A stretch of 64,000 bases of DNA from Selaginella moellendorffii (Eukaryota > Plantae > Lycopodiophyta). The notes beneath the pieces are model-generated. The model was not told where the DNA came from and made no database searches. It worked only from the letters and a program-made list of their open reading frames with translations. The stretch is from contig NW_003314298.1 in NCBI RefSeq assembly GCF_000143415.4, positions 665,014-729,013 of the forward strand, read 5' to 3'. Shown here in pieces: positions 12,788-24,778 of the stretch. The stretch's first letter is position 1. Each line of letters opens with the position of its first letter. A program made the translations under genes and the position numbers.

Positions 12788-12926
12788 CAAGTAATTTTGT
12801 TTGTCAATCCTTTTTATTTTTTAGATTACACAAATACTATGAAAATTATGGCCAACCATTTTGTGTGTTTCTTTGTTAACGTTTTGATGTAAATCAATCA
12901 AATTACACAACGTTGCAAAGTTCTTT

Positions 12927-13985
12927 TTAGTCACTGTCCAATTCGCTGAAATCAATATCATCCAGACGACCGGATCCCTGCATTTTCTCTTGTTTTTAGG
13001 AAAACTACAAAAGAAATAAAAGGAAAGAAAGCTTGCCTGTTTGCTATTTACTTTGCCAAGGTAGCCTGTCGCTTTGAAATTTTTGAGCTCTAGAGGCCCA
13101 AGCTTGGCTTGTTCTTCGCTAACTGTGATCTGGAAGGAGACCTGGAAGAACAAAATGCGTGAGCAAAGTTCTCTTTCCTTCCATTAGGCAAACCTTGCTC
13201 TTGCCGGGAGGTATTTCGGCGAGCGTATCGATCCGGAGGTTCTCCGTCTACGAAAAGAAAAGGAATGTTATAATCCAAAACAAAAGCTCACTGCATTGTA
13301 CCATCTCACCGTATCTAATGCTGGTTCGCCTTGAGCATCGTAGACTCTTCCAAAAATGTCCTGATGATTCACAGGTGAGAATATTAACCACAGCCCATGA
13401 ACCAGAGAATCTTTTTCACTTACAGCATTGTAAACTGGCTGAGAAGCTGGATTCGTGGCTTCCCCGGTCACTCGAAAACACGTTGCTTTGAACGACGTTC
13501 CACCAGTCACTGTTGTCTGTCCCTCTGAAAAATTGCACAAGCTCCTAGGGAGGCAAGCGTCATTGATTTTACGTGAAAGAGAAAACCAACAGCTTACAAA
13601 CAACGAGGAGAAAGAAAAAGAAGAGCTCCAAGAGAACGAAAGCTTCGCTCGATCCATGAATGCCAAATAGCATCGAGAAGACAATCTTACCAGGGCATGG
13701 AATTCGAGTCGCCTCCACATTCCTCAACGCAATCTTCACGTCTGCGAATGCCGGGTTTGAGATTTGCAGCACTCCAGACGCCAGCAGCGTCCCAGATCCC
13801 AGCAAAACGCTCCTCCGCTCCACGCGAAGAGACTGAGCTAAGAAAACCGTGGAATCAGGAAAGAAATCGATGAAATGGCGCCACACCTGATTAGCAATCG
13901 CATTTTGCTGCCGAATTCGATTCCCTGGCGCTAGCTCTGCGGGCGCAATGCAGCAAAGCGGTAGCACTCCCCCAATCTTCGCCAT
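12927..13985 (-). CDS. Putative thylakoid-lumen protein resembling a conserved cyanobacterial hypothetical protein (multi-exon)
   Basis: Transit-like N-terminus, twin-Arg RRSVLL, hydrophobic stretch and AFA cleavage motif. Spliced mature part: DVKIALRNVEATRIPCP-EGQTTVTGGTSFKATCFRVTGEATNPASQPVYNA-DIFGRVYDAQGEPALDT-ENLRIDTLAEIPPGKSK-VSFQITVSEEQAKLGPLELKNFKATGYLGKV. The last intron is probably GC-AG (12978-13036). Confidence 0.75.
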
Positions 13986-14095
13986 GGAAGTCTATCCTTC
14001 TTTAACAATGTTGCCTTTTACCTTTCTATTAACCTTTTCCATTCTCTTTATAAAAAGGACACTGGCGTATACTTAGGGCAAACAGTTTTGTAGTA

Positions 14096-15112
14096 ATGGA
14101 CTATTCGTTACTCCAGGTAATCCAGGAGGAGGTATTGGTGCGTTTGCCAGCAGCATTTCTACACACCCACGTAAAATCTGTTTGCAAGCAGTGGAAAGAT
14201 CTCATAGAGTCGCCTCGGTTTAAGTCTCTCCACCACAAATACCACTCTGATGGTGAGCGAAGTCCCCCCATTCTTTTGGGCCTCAACTATATTTCCGGTA
14301 GTACCCTTGCCAAGTGCAATCCCTTCGGACAAGGAGGAGCCAAAGATTGGATTATGGTAGACCCACCGCCAGAACTTGACTTCAATCTTATTTCATGCGC
14401 TGGTGGTCTAATGTTTGGGCGCAGCATGAGGAGCTACGTTGTCTTGAATCCCCTCACTGGGGATCTCCAGGTCCTGCCACCACCACCTTCGTCACCGCCC
14501 ATGCTCTCTACGTCCGTCATGGCCATGCACGCATCCAGGCAGCGCTATTGGATTTGCCTTGCATTTATGCGTGTAATCTACTTATACGATTCGAGTGTAG
14601 GGATTTGGAAAGAGGTGGCACTGCCAGAAGGATGGATAGAAGGATGGACGCAACATTGCTATGCAAGGGCTATCAACAGCAAGGTGTATTACTATTGTCT
14701 AAGACTCAATGATGTTGATACCAGTCGCCTGGGAGTTTTGTGCCTGGATCTGGAAAATTTAAGCTGGTCTACGGAGTGGACGATCGATGGGTATGATACG
14801 CCTTGGGAAGATTTTCTTGTATCCCCAGCGCTGGATTTCTTCAAAGTCGTTGTGAAAGACTCTACGTATCATCTCTCGAGGCTGGATGCTGCATCTAAAG
14901 GCTTTGTGAAGGAAACTAGTTTAAATGTGACAGAAGGCTTGTCTCATGCTCCATCTTGCTGCTACAAGGACACGATTGTGGTTGCCGGTCCCAAAACATT
15001 GGCAGTGCTGGATTGCAAAACCAGATCTTGGAGCAAACATGAAAACCAAAACGTTTCCAATTTTGAGTGCTTGCTTCTATTCGAACCATCGTTGTTTGAT
15101 TCTTGTCAATGA
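14096..15112 (+). CDS. Intronless F-box protein (F-box-associated-like C-terminus)
   Basis: 338-aa ORF with N-terminal EEVLVRLP..VKSVCKQWKDLIESPRF and downstream SCAGGLM / VVLNPLTG. Confidence 0.88.
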   Translation: MDYSLLQVIQEEVLVRLPAAFLHTHVKSVCKQWKDLIESPRFKSLHHKYHSDGERSPPILLGLNYISGSTLAKCNPFGQGGAKDWIMVDPPPELDFNLISCAGGLMFGRSMRSYVVLNPLTGDLQVLPPPPSSPPMLSTSVMAMHASRQRYWICLAFMRVIYLYDSSVGIWKEVALPEGWIEGWTQHCYARAINSKVYYYCLRLNDVDTSRLGVLCLDLENLSWSTEWTIDGYDTPWEDFLVSPALDFFKVVVKDSTYHLSRLDAASKGFVKETSLNVTEGLSHAPSCCYKDTIVVAGPKTLAVLDCKTRSWSKHENQNVSNFECLLLFEPSLFDSCQ

Positions 15113-15199
15113 ATAAGAAAACAAAACAATGGCGTTCACGTCTTGAGCATCAATTTTATCTTCTACTTCCAGCCAACGGCACTCACCACAACTTCCACA

Positions 15200-15600
15200 C
15201 ACATCCATGTCAGGTGGTAGATGACAAAACTGAGCCGATTCGAAACTTTAAAAGAGATGGAGTAAAGGAGCTATGCCCTGCGTCCATAGCCTGTGCTCAT
15301 ACTCGCAGACCAAAGCATTCCAGTTGCGGTTTTCAATCCAAAATTGTCCAGGCCACGCGGGAATGTTACATCCACGTCGAGAACAATGTCTGTTTAAGAC
15401 AGAAAACTTCTCTTCAATGCCACCTTGATGAGGATAAAAAGAACGTAACGAAGCTTTTCTTTCTTCCTTAGGCCCATATGCTCAGAGTGTATCGATCCGG
15501 AGAACAAAACAAAAGCTCACTGCATTGAATCATCGTACCGTGTCTAATGCCGGTTCGCCTTGAGCATCATCTAGACTCTTCCAAAAATGTCCCGAGGATT
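15200..15600 (-). pseudogene. Scrambled fragments: FORKED PH-domain 3' exon (15200-15480) joined to lumen-gene exons (15480-15600)
   Basis: Near-identical stretches to 19750-20020 and 13225-13360, with deletions. Confidence 0.75.
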
Positions 15601-16148
15601 TTCCAGTGATCCACAGTGTTAATCGCAGACCAAAATCAAGGAAAGGAGAGAAAAGTTTTAATCACAGGCTGAGAAGCACACACACAATCACAGAAACGTC
15701 AATTTTTTACCAAAAGCATGTACCTGAGGTCCACTCTACTTTTATGTAATGATAACTCTCTCGTGTATTCCATTTCCTTGCCATGTGATAGTTTTCATGT
15801 TCTTGCTTGGCAAATTACTATTAAGATTGAGAGAAATGGAGCGCGAGCAAAACATCCAGAGGACCTTTTACAAAGAAAAATGACACACCTTTACGTCTTA
15901 CGGCCAGCAAGCTCCTTGCCGTGCCTGGTCTCGTGATGGCACCATAAAAACAATCACTCCCTCAAAGCCCTGCCATGCAATCTACCCAGCACCCTCGCCG
16001 CCCTCTCTGGTCAAAATTCTGCTCCATCCAATCCTCTCGCTCTCCCATTGGCCAACAGCAACATCAACAAAATTTCCCATGACCATGTCTGCGATCAGAC
16101 GGCCTCTTATCGTTATATATATATAGATAGATGTTAGCGAATTGTCTT

Positions 16149-17050
16149 TCATTGAGAAGGATCAAACAACGCGAATGGAAGCAAGAAATCAAACTTTGAA
16201 CCGTTTTGGTTTTCATGAGTGCTCCAAGATTTGGTCTTGCAATCCAGCACTGCTAATGTTTTGGGACCGGCAACCACAATCGTGTCCTTGTAGCAGCAAG
16301 ATGGAGCATGAGACAAGCCTTCTTTCACATTTCGACAAAGCCTCCCGATGCAGCGTCCAGCCTCGAGAGATGATATGTGGAGTCTTTCACAAAGACATTG
16401 AAAATATCTAATGCTGGTGATACAAGAAAGTCTTCCCAACATAGGCTTTGCATATTATACCCATGGATCGTCCACTTGTAGACTAGCTTAAAGTTTCCAG
16501 ATCCAGGCACAAAACCCCCCTGGTATCATCATGGCGACAATAGAAGTACACCTTGTTGTCGATCGCCCTTCCCTTCCATACATCCATGCTTTCAAGCGGC
16601 GCCACCTTTTCCACACTCGAATCGTATAAGTAGACTACACGCAATCAAAACGCAAATGCAATAGCGCTGCCTGGATGTGAGATCCCGCTTGAGAGGCCCT
16701 GGTGAGGGAATTCAAGACAATGAAGCTCTTGCTGTTGTGCCCAAACATCAGTCCACCAGCGCATGAAACTATATTGAAGCACTGTTCTGGCCAGGGATAA
16801 TCCAATCCTTGGCTCCTCGTCCAAAGACGAGGTACTGTAAATATAGTTGATGCCCAAAACAGTGACTTCGGTCACCGAGGCGACTCTATGAGGTCTTTCT
16901 ACTGCTTGCAAATTGATTTTACGTGGTTGTTTAGAAACACTGCTGGCAAACGCACCAATACCTCCTCCTCGATTATCTGGCTCTCTCTCTTTTCCCCCTT
17001 TTGTTGTTTCTGTTGAATGCGGTGGCCATGTGCCCGGAGTAACGAGTAAT
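16149..17050 (-). pseudogene. Inverted, frameshifted copy of the 14096 F-box gene
   Basis: Shares EGLSHAPSCCYKDTIVVAGPKTLAVLDCKT, WEDFLVSPALD and the N-terminal F-box DNA, but is split across several frames. Confidence 0.88.
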
Positions 17051-18669
17051 TAAGACTTTGTTTGCTATGTTTACTACTCCTACACCCATAAGTGTATGAA
17101 AGAGGTCTTAGAAATAAAAATTGGGACAGTTAAGGTAAGAGGGACCTATGCTTTGAGTGTGTTCGGAACGCTGGTAGGATCTTCTAGCATCAATAAATAC
17201 CTGCAGGTAAAGCGCGGCTACCAGGTAGTCTGTTGGTTTCTTCTTCTTCGTCTCCTTTGTTGCTTTTCTACCGTGGTCCTTTGATGGTAAAGAGCTCCAG
17301 CTGAACCAAAATCTCCAAATAGTTGTTTCGTTTTCTGTTTCGTATACTTGCAACATACAGGAATCCTGAGGCCAAAAACAAAACACACTCAGCTCGATGC
17401 TGATGAGATTGTCCAGCAAATCCATACTGCAAACCCGTCAGCCACCATGATCGTACTCTTGGACATGGGTTCAAGGCACAAAGTATTAGATGAATTCAGA
17501 AGGCTGCAATCACAGGTTACAGTTCAGAATTACTTTCTTCCATGGCGAAGATTGGGGGGCTAGCACTTTGCTGCATGGCGCCCGCGGAGCTCACGGCAGG
17601 TGGCTCTTGGAGCTCCACTGTTCTTTGTCCTCTGTTGGTACAGTGGAATTTTACAGACAACATGGTGGAACGTTGTTCAAAGCAACATGTTTTCAAGTGA
17701 TCGCAGAGTTGGTTTCATAATTTTTGTCTAGTGCATGCTTCCCAGGCTTCTGCGGCGCTCTATCGGGCACGAATCGATTGAATCCCTTGCAATAGCTGTG
17801 AGGTAAGAGACTTTTTGGAGAAATGTGAATTCCCGTGATCGCCGGTGGTTTGACTATTGGCATCCGTTTGGTTATCCAGTATCATCCTGGATGTTTCAGC
17901 TCGGTCACTGTCTGGGAGGATGATCATGATCTGGGCGAGACTTGGGACAGTGCGGGAAAGGTATGCTAGAAGAAGCTATAGAAATTCCAGGTGAATTCCA
18001 CAGGCTAGAGTTACGATGGCTGGGTGTGCTAGCTCTAGATAATTAAAACTTTCAGGGCATGACAGATCATGGTGGCTACTCTTTTTTAAGGTTAAGATAG
18101 GTGTACGTACATTGTAAGGCTGTGAATACCTCCCTCAATACACATAGAAGTATAATATACATAATGTTTCTACACGTGGAGAGGGTAGCCATGTGGCAAA
18201 GGTGTTTAAAGTATAAAAATAGTAATAGAGTGTTTGGATCTTTTAATATATATATTTATACCTTTAGGATCTGTTAATTTAAGTAGGTATATAAGGGTTA
18301 AAATAAATTTATATACTTAGGGTTTTTTGATTTTTTTTGAACGCACCCATATCCAGAGATTTATTCTAGGTGGCCACCCTGGGTGGCAGATAGGGAAAGT
18401 AAACAATGCTAAAGAGAATGGTTTTTGAGTGCAAGAAAAGACGTTGTCCCGCTACTCTTTGGGAGTTTGCAACAGTTTGGCTTGCATTTGATTGTAGTCT
18501 GTTAGAAAGAATAAAAAAGAAACTGCATTTGCTTGGCGCTGGTAGGCTAATATCCAATTTGTGGTAGTAAACAATGGTACTTTGTTAAACCCTTCATCGT
18601 TGTTTTACTAAGCTAATGTATAAGTACCATTGTTTACTATCAAAAAGTGGATTGGCTTTACACTTGCAT

Positions 18670-19520
18670 GACGATATTTTGGATTGAAAACCGCGACTGA
18701 AATGCTCCAGTCTGAGTGTAAGTCAGAGTACAAGCACTTGGACACAAGGCATAAGCTCATTTACTCCATCTCCTCGCCATCGTCGAGCAGCGATCGTGGA
18801 ATGTTAGCATCCACGTCGACGAGAACGGAGAAAGAAAACTTCTCTTGAACATGGCGATGGAGGAGAAAAGAAAGTAACGAACCTTTTCTTTTCTCGAGTG
18901 GGAGGTTCTCGGTCTACGAAAAGGAGAGAACTGTTATGATCCCTACAAAAAAAAAAGCTCACTGCATTGCATCTTAGTTACCGGGGAAGCCACGAATCCA
19001 GTTTACAATACCGTGACTAAAATCTTTCTCTTGCTTTTTGCAATAAACACTGTGGATTGACATTTTGAAAGAGTCTGTGATGGTCAAGGCGAACCGGCAC
19101 TAAGCATGGCCGAAAACATGTTACTTTTCCACCAGTCCCAGTTGTCTGTCCTCTGAAAGCTCCTGGGGAGGCAATTTTACGTGAAAGAGAACTTACAAAC
19201 AACGAGGAGAAAGAGAAGAGGAGCTCCAAGAGAATGAAAGATCTGTTTTCTTGAATGCAGATATAAAAGCAAGCAGCAATCGAGGAAAAAAACCAGGGCA
19301 TGGAATTCGAGTCGCCTCCGCATTCATCAAAGCTATCTTCACGTCTGCAAATGCCGGCTCGAAATTTGCAGCACTCCAGACGCCAGCAGCGTCCCAGCGC
19401 CCAGCAAAACGCTCCTCCGCTCCACGCGAAGAGGTTGAGCTCAAAAAACAAGGAAATCGAGCTTGGAATCTGGAAAGAAATCGATTAGCAATCGCATTTT
19501 CCCGCCACATTCGATTCCCT
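18670..19520 (-). pseudogene. Second scrambled block: FORKED 3' fragments in both orientations plus a deleted copy of the lumen-protein gene (18895-19520)
   Basis: EPAFADVKIALMNAEATRIPCPG matches the 13985 gene. 18672-18776 is an inverted copy of the FORKED last exon. Confidence 0.78.
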
Positions 19521-19689
19521 AACGAGAAAAGTGCTGCTCTTCCATACTACTAGAAAGAAAGAAGTTTCTTCTTCTCTTTGCTATACACTTCTTTGCTTTC
19601 TTTCTTGTGTGTTAAATTGGCTCCATAGCTCCCAGCTCGAGAACAAATAGAACTATATTCATTCTATCTTCTTTTTTTCTTTGGCCTGG

Positions 19690-21578
19690 CTATGGCCTTT
19701 TAGTCGATGATTGTGTGGAAGTTGTGGTGAGTGCCACAGATTGTTGGCTGGAGAGATGGAGTAAATGAGCTATGCCTTGTGTCCATAGCCGGTGTTCGTA
19801 CTCTGACTTACACTCGAACTCGAGCATTCCAGTCGCGGTTTTCAATCCGAAGTATCGCCGCTGCTCGCCGTTGTCGAGCAGCGATCGTCCCGGCCATGCG
19901 GGAATGTTAGCATCCACGTCGAGAACAATGCCTGTTTAGATCAAACAGAGAGAACTTCTCATCAAAATGCCACCTTGATCAAGGAGAAATGCGAACCTTT
20001 TCGTTTCTTCCTTAGTCCCATATGCTTGCTTTGGATCTTGACAATTACCTGCGTGATGGATCAAAGACCATGAGAACATAAACTAGAATTTCCTAAAGCA
20101 ATGTTCACAAACCTGGCCATTGTTGGGATCACTATACACTGACACAGTTCTCCAATGTAGCTCGCCTACAACAAGGAGTCAATTAAAGAGATCGATTTTT
20201 TCTCCACTACCTTTCTTGGAGCGCTTGAGAAACTCGCATCCTCTGTTAAGAACCTCTTGCGTGTAGCTCTCGGCGTCGCCATCCTCGGATCCCAGATCGC
20301 CACTGTTAAAATGTAAGGCGTGTTTGTCGTAGGGAGTCACGGTTGCATGGCTCTTTGCGTCCTTGAGCGTCCGAGCCTTGAGAGTCGCGGCTCCACGCAG
20401 AGCTAGATCAAAAGATCAAACAAAGTAAGAACACGAAGAAACCACGCAAGAACTCGATGAAACTTTGACAGAACTTAGAGCTTACCAGTGGCTGCCGCGG
20501 CAGTAAGCGTCATGATATCTCCCGCGGTTTTCACGTTCACGGCGGAGCTGACAACGTGAGTGATGTGATCGTGATCGGCTCCCAAGCTCTCGGCCAGATC
20601 CACGCACTGTGCCGCGACGAGCGAGGCCGCGGAAGCCACAGCCAAGCTCGTCGTCTTGGACGACGAGGAAGGATCGTCCAGCGCTGGAGAAAACGGAGAT
20701 GGCGATGGTGACGCCGCCGCCGCTGTAGCCGCTGCCACTGCCGCCACCGCCGCTGCAACTCCGGCCATAGAAACCGCGGCGTGGACTTGAGCGTTGTGTG
20801 CTCGGCTGAGCTCTTTCTTTCGCTCTTTCATGTCTTTAAACCATCGTCCCACGGATGATCTCCCGCGAAGCTGATGGGATGATTTGGAGGCGGCAGTGGG
20901 CTGGAGAGAAGAGCGACGCAAATCCAAGCGACCAACAAGGGAAAAAAGAGACTTTATTCGTTCTTGCTCGATGAGAAAGCTTGCCAAAGTTCTTTACCTG
21001 GTGGTGGGGATGGAGGTGATCGTCTGTGAATTGCTTGGGCGATGGCGGAGGGCTGGCGGCCAGAATGCCGCTGTTTTGGTGGAAAATCAGTGGTCCACTG
21101 CTGTGGGAATTCCTCCGGGGAGTTGTGAACAAGGAGTGTTCCTGCGAAGAACACGTATGAACACAAAGAGAAAAGCTTTAAAAACTCTCACCATTATCCT
21201 GTCCATGACCATCTGCGAAGTCATCGAGGGAGCGAACACGAAAGGCGCTCCTTCCAAGTTGGATTCTTGCGGGGAAGATATCGTGGTGGAGCAATCATCC
21301 TGCAGCGGCGGCGGCGGCGGCGTCGCGATGGAAGTTTGCGATGCCGCTCGAGCTTTGGACACCTCAAACGCCGAAATGCTCCACGACCTCGAGAGGAATT
21401 CGAGGGGCTCTTGCGGCGTCTCTGGCTCGGGGAATCCCGGGGTTGGCGATGGAAAGCTCACGGCCGAATCCTCCTGGATGTTCTCCAGGTGGAGGAAGCT
21501 GCCCTTGAAATCCGAGGACTTGGATGCAAAGCTGTGGTGGAAGCCACTACCTTGGATGCGTTCCGGGCTGCTCTTCAT
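19690..21578 (-). CDS. FORKED1/VAN3-binding (VAB)-like protein: DUF828 auxin-canalisation domain plus plant PH domain (multi-exon)
   Basis: [67 protein letters not shown] and C-terminal [15 protein letters not shown]...WTQGIAHLL. The start codon is inferred. Confidence 0.92.
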
Positions 21579-23980
21579 TCTCCCTCGCGTGGATTCGATC
21601 ACTGGAAGAACACTACCTAACCTTGTTAATGATCTTTGGTGGAAGAAAGAGCTTAAAACTAAGATGGAGGAATGAGGAGAACTGGATCCTCATCTGCTGG
21701 GATGATCCATCCGGTGGGCGGTGACAATTCCAGCTTTTGAGGGAACCCACAAGGAAAAAAAACGAGAACAAATCGAGGATGAGTAGTGGGCGATCACAAA
21801 AAAATCCCAAACAGTGGAGCGAAAGAAAACAAATGGAAGGCGCCTATGGGATGGAACCATCAAGAGACCACTCTGGAAAAGGAGGAGAAAAAAAACTCCA
21901 TGGATCGACACTGGAAAGCTGCTACATTCCTTTTCTCTCCTTTCTCCCGCGCCATCTAGAAAAATTTCCTCTCTCCTTTGTTTGCGATCGGCCTTGATGG
22001 CAGTGGCTCGCTCGCTCGCTCCTCCCCCACACAAAAAAGAAGAATAAAAAGAAACCAATGTTTTCACAGCTCATGCCTTTGTTTTTGTGGCGTGGACCAT
22101 CCAACGATCCACAGTGCCACTGGAGCTAAGCGGCAGTAGAAATGAGACACGTAGCACGTGAATCCGCCGTGTACTTGGCGATCCGACGGCGCGCATTGGG
22201 TGGTCAACGGGCACGGGAAGTCAGGTGGGTTGGGACGAGATCCGGACCGTCGGCCGGCCTGATCCAATGGCCTAGATTGGAAAATGGGCAAAAACCAATT
22301 CCACACCTGAGAATGAGCTCTCCTTTTATTTTATGTGTGGAAAAATAATATAAGTGATGAAAACGAAATAAAAGAGAGAAAATATAAAAAAGAGCGGAAC
22401 AGTTTTTGAGTGATTTGTCAGGAGACATGTTTTGAGTGAGGCTAACATAACATGTTTCTGATTCAAATCCTGTCCTGTCTAAATACATTCCAGGATTTGG
22501 CAACTGTGATTGTGAGGGGGAGAGGAACAGCCCCCTTTGTCTCTTGTGTGACCTCCAATCCAAAGATCAACCTCAATGTGACCACTGTTCTTGACTGATT
22601 GATCCACCACCTCCAGTTTCACAAGAGCAAGTATTCCCTAGCGGGAAAAAAAAAGAGTAAAAAAGAACTGCGCGCAGAAGAAAGAAAAGAGTACTGAAAG
22701 TTTGTTCAAAGGAGGACACCAATCACCAAACCAATCATCTGGAAAAAGTTCAGGCTTTTAGGTGCACGCAAACACATGGCTGGCTGCATGCAGCAGACTG
22801 CAATTGAATTTCTGATATCCTATGCTCACCAACCAAGAGAATGCAATTGCAGTCACCTCCTCTCTCAAGATCTTGCTTGATCATCTTGCTTGAGAGAAGA
22901 AAAAAAAGATCTGCAAATTGCAGCAGATGCTGGCAAGGCTTGGTCTGTGCTGGACTAAAGCTGGATATCCATTCAGCCTGAAATTTCTCTTGAATTTTCT
23001 ACTGGATTTGGCAGGCATGGCAGCAGCAAATAGATTTCTTGCTCTTGAGGGGTGATTTGTGTATGTGCTGTGATGTGAGCAAAGTCATAAACATTGGATC
23101 GGTCAAAAGGCATATCTGATCTTGTGTCCCCCTAGAAATAAGATGGAAATACGAATCACAAGCAGCACATTACATCAGCAATAGACGCACCTTTGTGGTT
23201 CTAGGGAACATTGCTTGGATTCAACTTCTTGTCATGGAATCTTGAGGAATTGTCATGTGAAGCAAAGCATGTTTCTAGACAGGACACTGGGTATTTTTAA
23301 GAAGTGGGGAAACAAAAGAGAGAAAAAGGAAGGAAAATAGCACTACTTAGGCTAGGCACAACATGACATGTTATAGACATTATTAATGCAGAAGCATTTG
23401 GATTTAAACTCCTGTGAGGTATAGCTACATGTCTGAATAAAACACTAGGTAACAGTACAAGTAGCAAGGCAAATCCTTGCAACCAATGATGGGAATATTG
23501 TGACAGGTCAGTAGTAACTCAAGTGATTGAATTGAGAGAGCTTAAAATCCCCAGTATCTCATTTTCACCTCTTGGCATTCAAGGCATTTCTAACAGCGAC
23601 CCCTCCTGACTTCCTGACTGATTTTGATCCTTGAATGAAACTTCGCACGAGAATTAAATCCCTTTGCGCGAGTATGGTATTGAAGCATCAAGTGACAAAA
23701 CGCTGCTCCCAAGCCAGAGTGGAAGAGAAAAGAGAAAGAGACCCGCTTTTTTTTCTCTTCTTACACTTTCGCTGCTGCAAAGTGTTCGTGATGAAAGTGA
23801 GAGAAGTTGGCCATCTAATGCACAAAGCACGTTTCCAAAACTTCCCCTCTGGATTTCCAACAGCTACTCACAGACAATGGTCGTCTCTGCTCTGCCTGTT
23901 TCCTACCATGGAAAGGAAAAAGAAAGAATCCCTCCCAAAGCCCCTAAAGACGAAGGCACTCTTTTCTCTTCTCTTTCCCT

Positions 23981-24523
23981 TCAAGCGTATCCTGCAGCCT
24001 TGTTGTGATCCGCGGCCGACTGCATCGACGCAGCGACACCACCCGGAGAAACGACGCTGTCGGGATTGTTTCGCTGCTCGGCGCTCTGAACTCGTGAAGC
24101 ATCAGCCTGCGTGACGATCTTGTCACCACCCGTTGGAATTGGTGTCTGCAGGACCAAAAGAAGAACTAAAAGATAAGTACCTTCGCAGCGAAAAGCACAA
24201 AAAGAGATATACTCACACGAAGCACGTCTCCGACTGTAACCGGCTCGCCTTTGTCCACTGCATGCTGCGCAGCAGCTCCGACACCACCTTTCACGCCGGC
24301 CGGAATTCCAGTGGCTCGAGCTTCCGCGCTTTGTATGGCACGAGCATCACTGGCCTCGAGAGGCTTGGATCCCACCAACGACTGAGAGGCCGAATTCAAA
24401 GCCTGATGGAGAAAAGAAAACAAACCATCAACGAAAATCCAAAAAGAAACAATCGCTTACGCCTGCAATAGTAGCGGGTGGTGGCCGGTTAGCATCAGCA
24501 GTTGCACCATCGTCAATCCCCAT
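23981..24523 (-). CDS. Seed-maturation-protein (SMP / LEA D-34 type) LEA protein, 3 coding exons
   Basis: Spliced: MGIDDG..ATIAG-ALNSASQSLVGSKPLEASDARAIQSAEARATG..GGVGAAAQHA..TVGDVLR-TPIPTGGDKIVTQADASRVQSAEQRNNP..PGGVAASMQSAADHNK*. This contains two SMP-type repeats. Confidence 0.87.
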
Positions 24524-24608
24524 CGCTATAATCTCCGCTTTCCTGATAAGAAAACGCAAAGAAGATGGTTTAGTTCAGGACTAGTTATACCGAGAACTAC
24601 CTGTACAA

Positions 24609-24629
24609 ACGCGTGTCACCATACGTGTC
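24609..24629. promoter_or_regulatory. CE3-like (ACGCGTGTC) plus ABRE (TACGTGTC) pair upstream of the LEA gene
   Basis: Exact motifs at 24609-24617 and 24622-24629, in the ~220-bp gap between the ATRX stop and the LEA ATG. Confidence 0.6.
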
Positions 24630-24742
24630 ACCTCCTCCATGCGACAAGCGTCGAAAACTTAAGTTGGTTGTAGCTAAAGTCGCGAAAAGTTTTACGAGAA
24701 AAAATGTTATATGTACGTTTGTAAGTGGTGATGCTGCTACTG

Positions 24743-24778
<36 letters not shown>

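Noticed and set aside
17096-18060. Exon-like pieces with GT/AG sites
   Set aside because: I could not assemble a coherent ORF or recognise a family.
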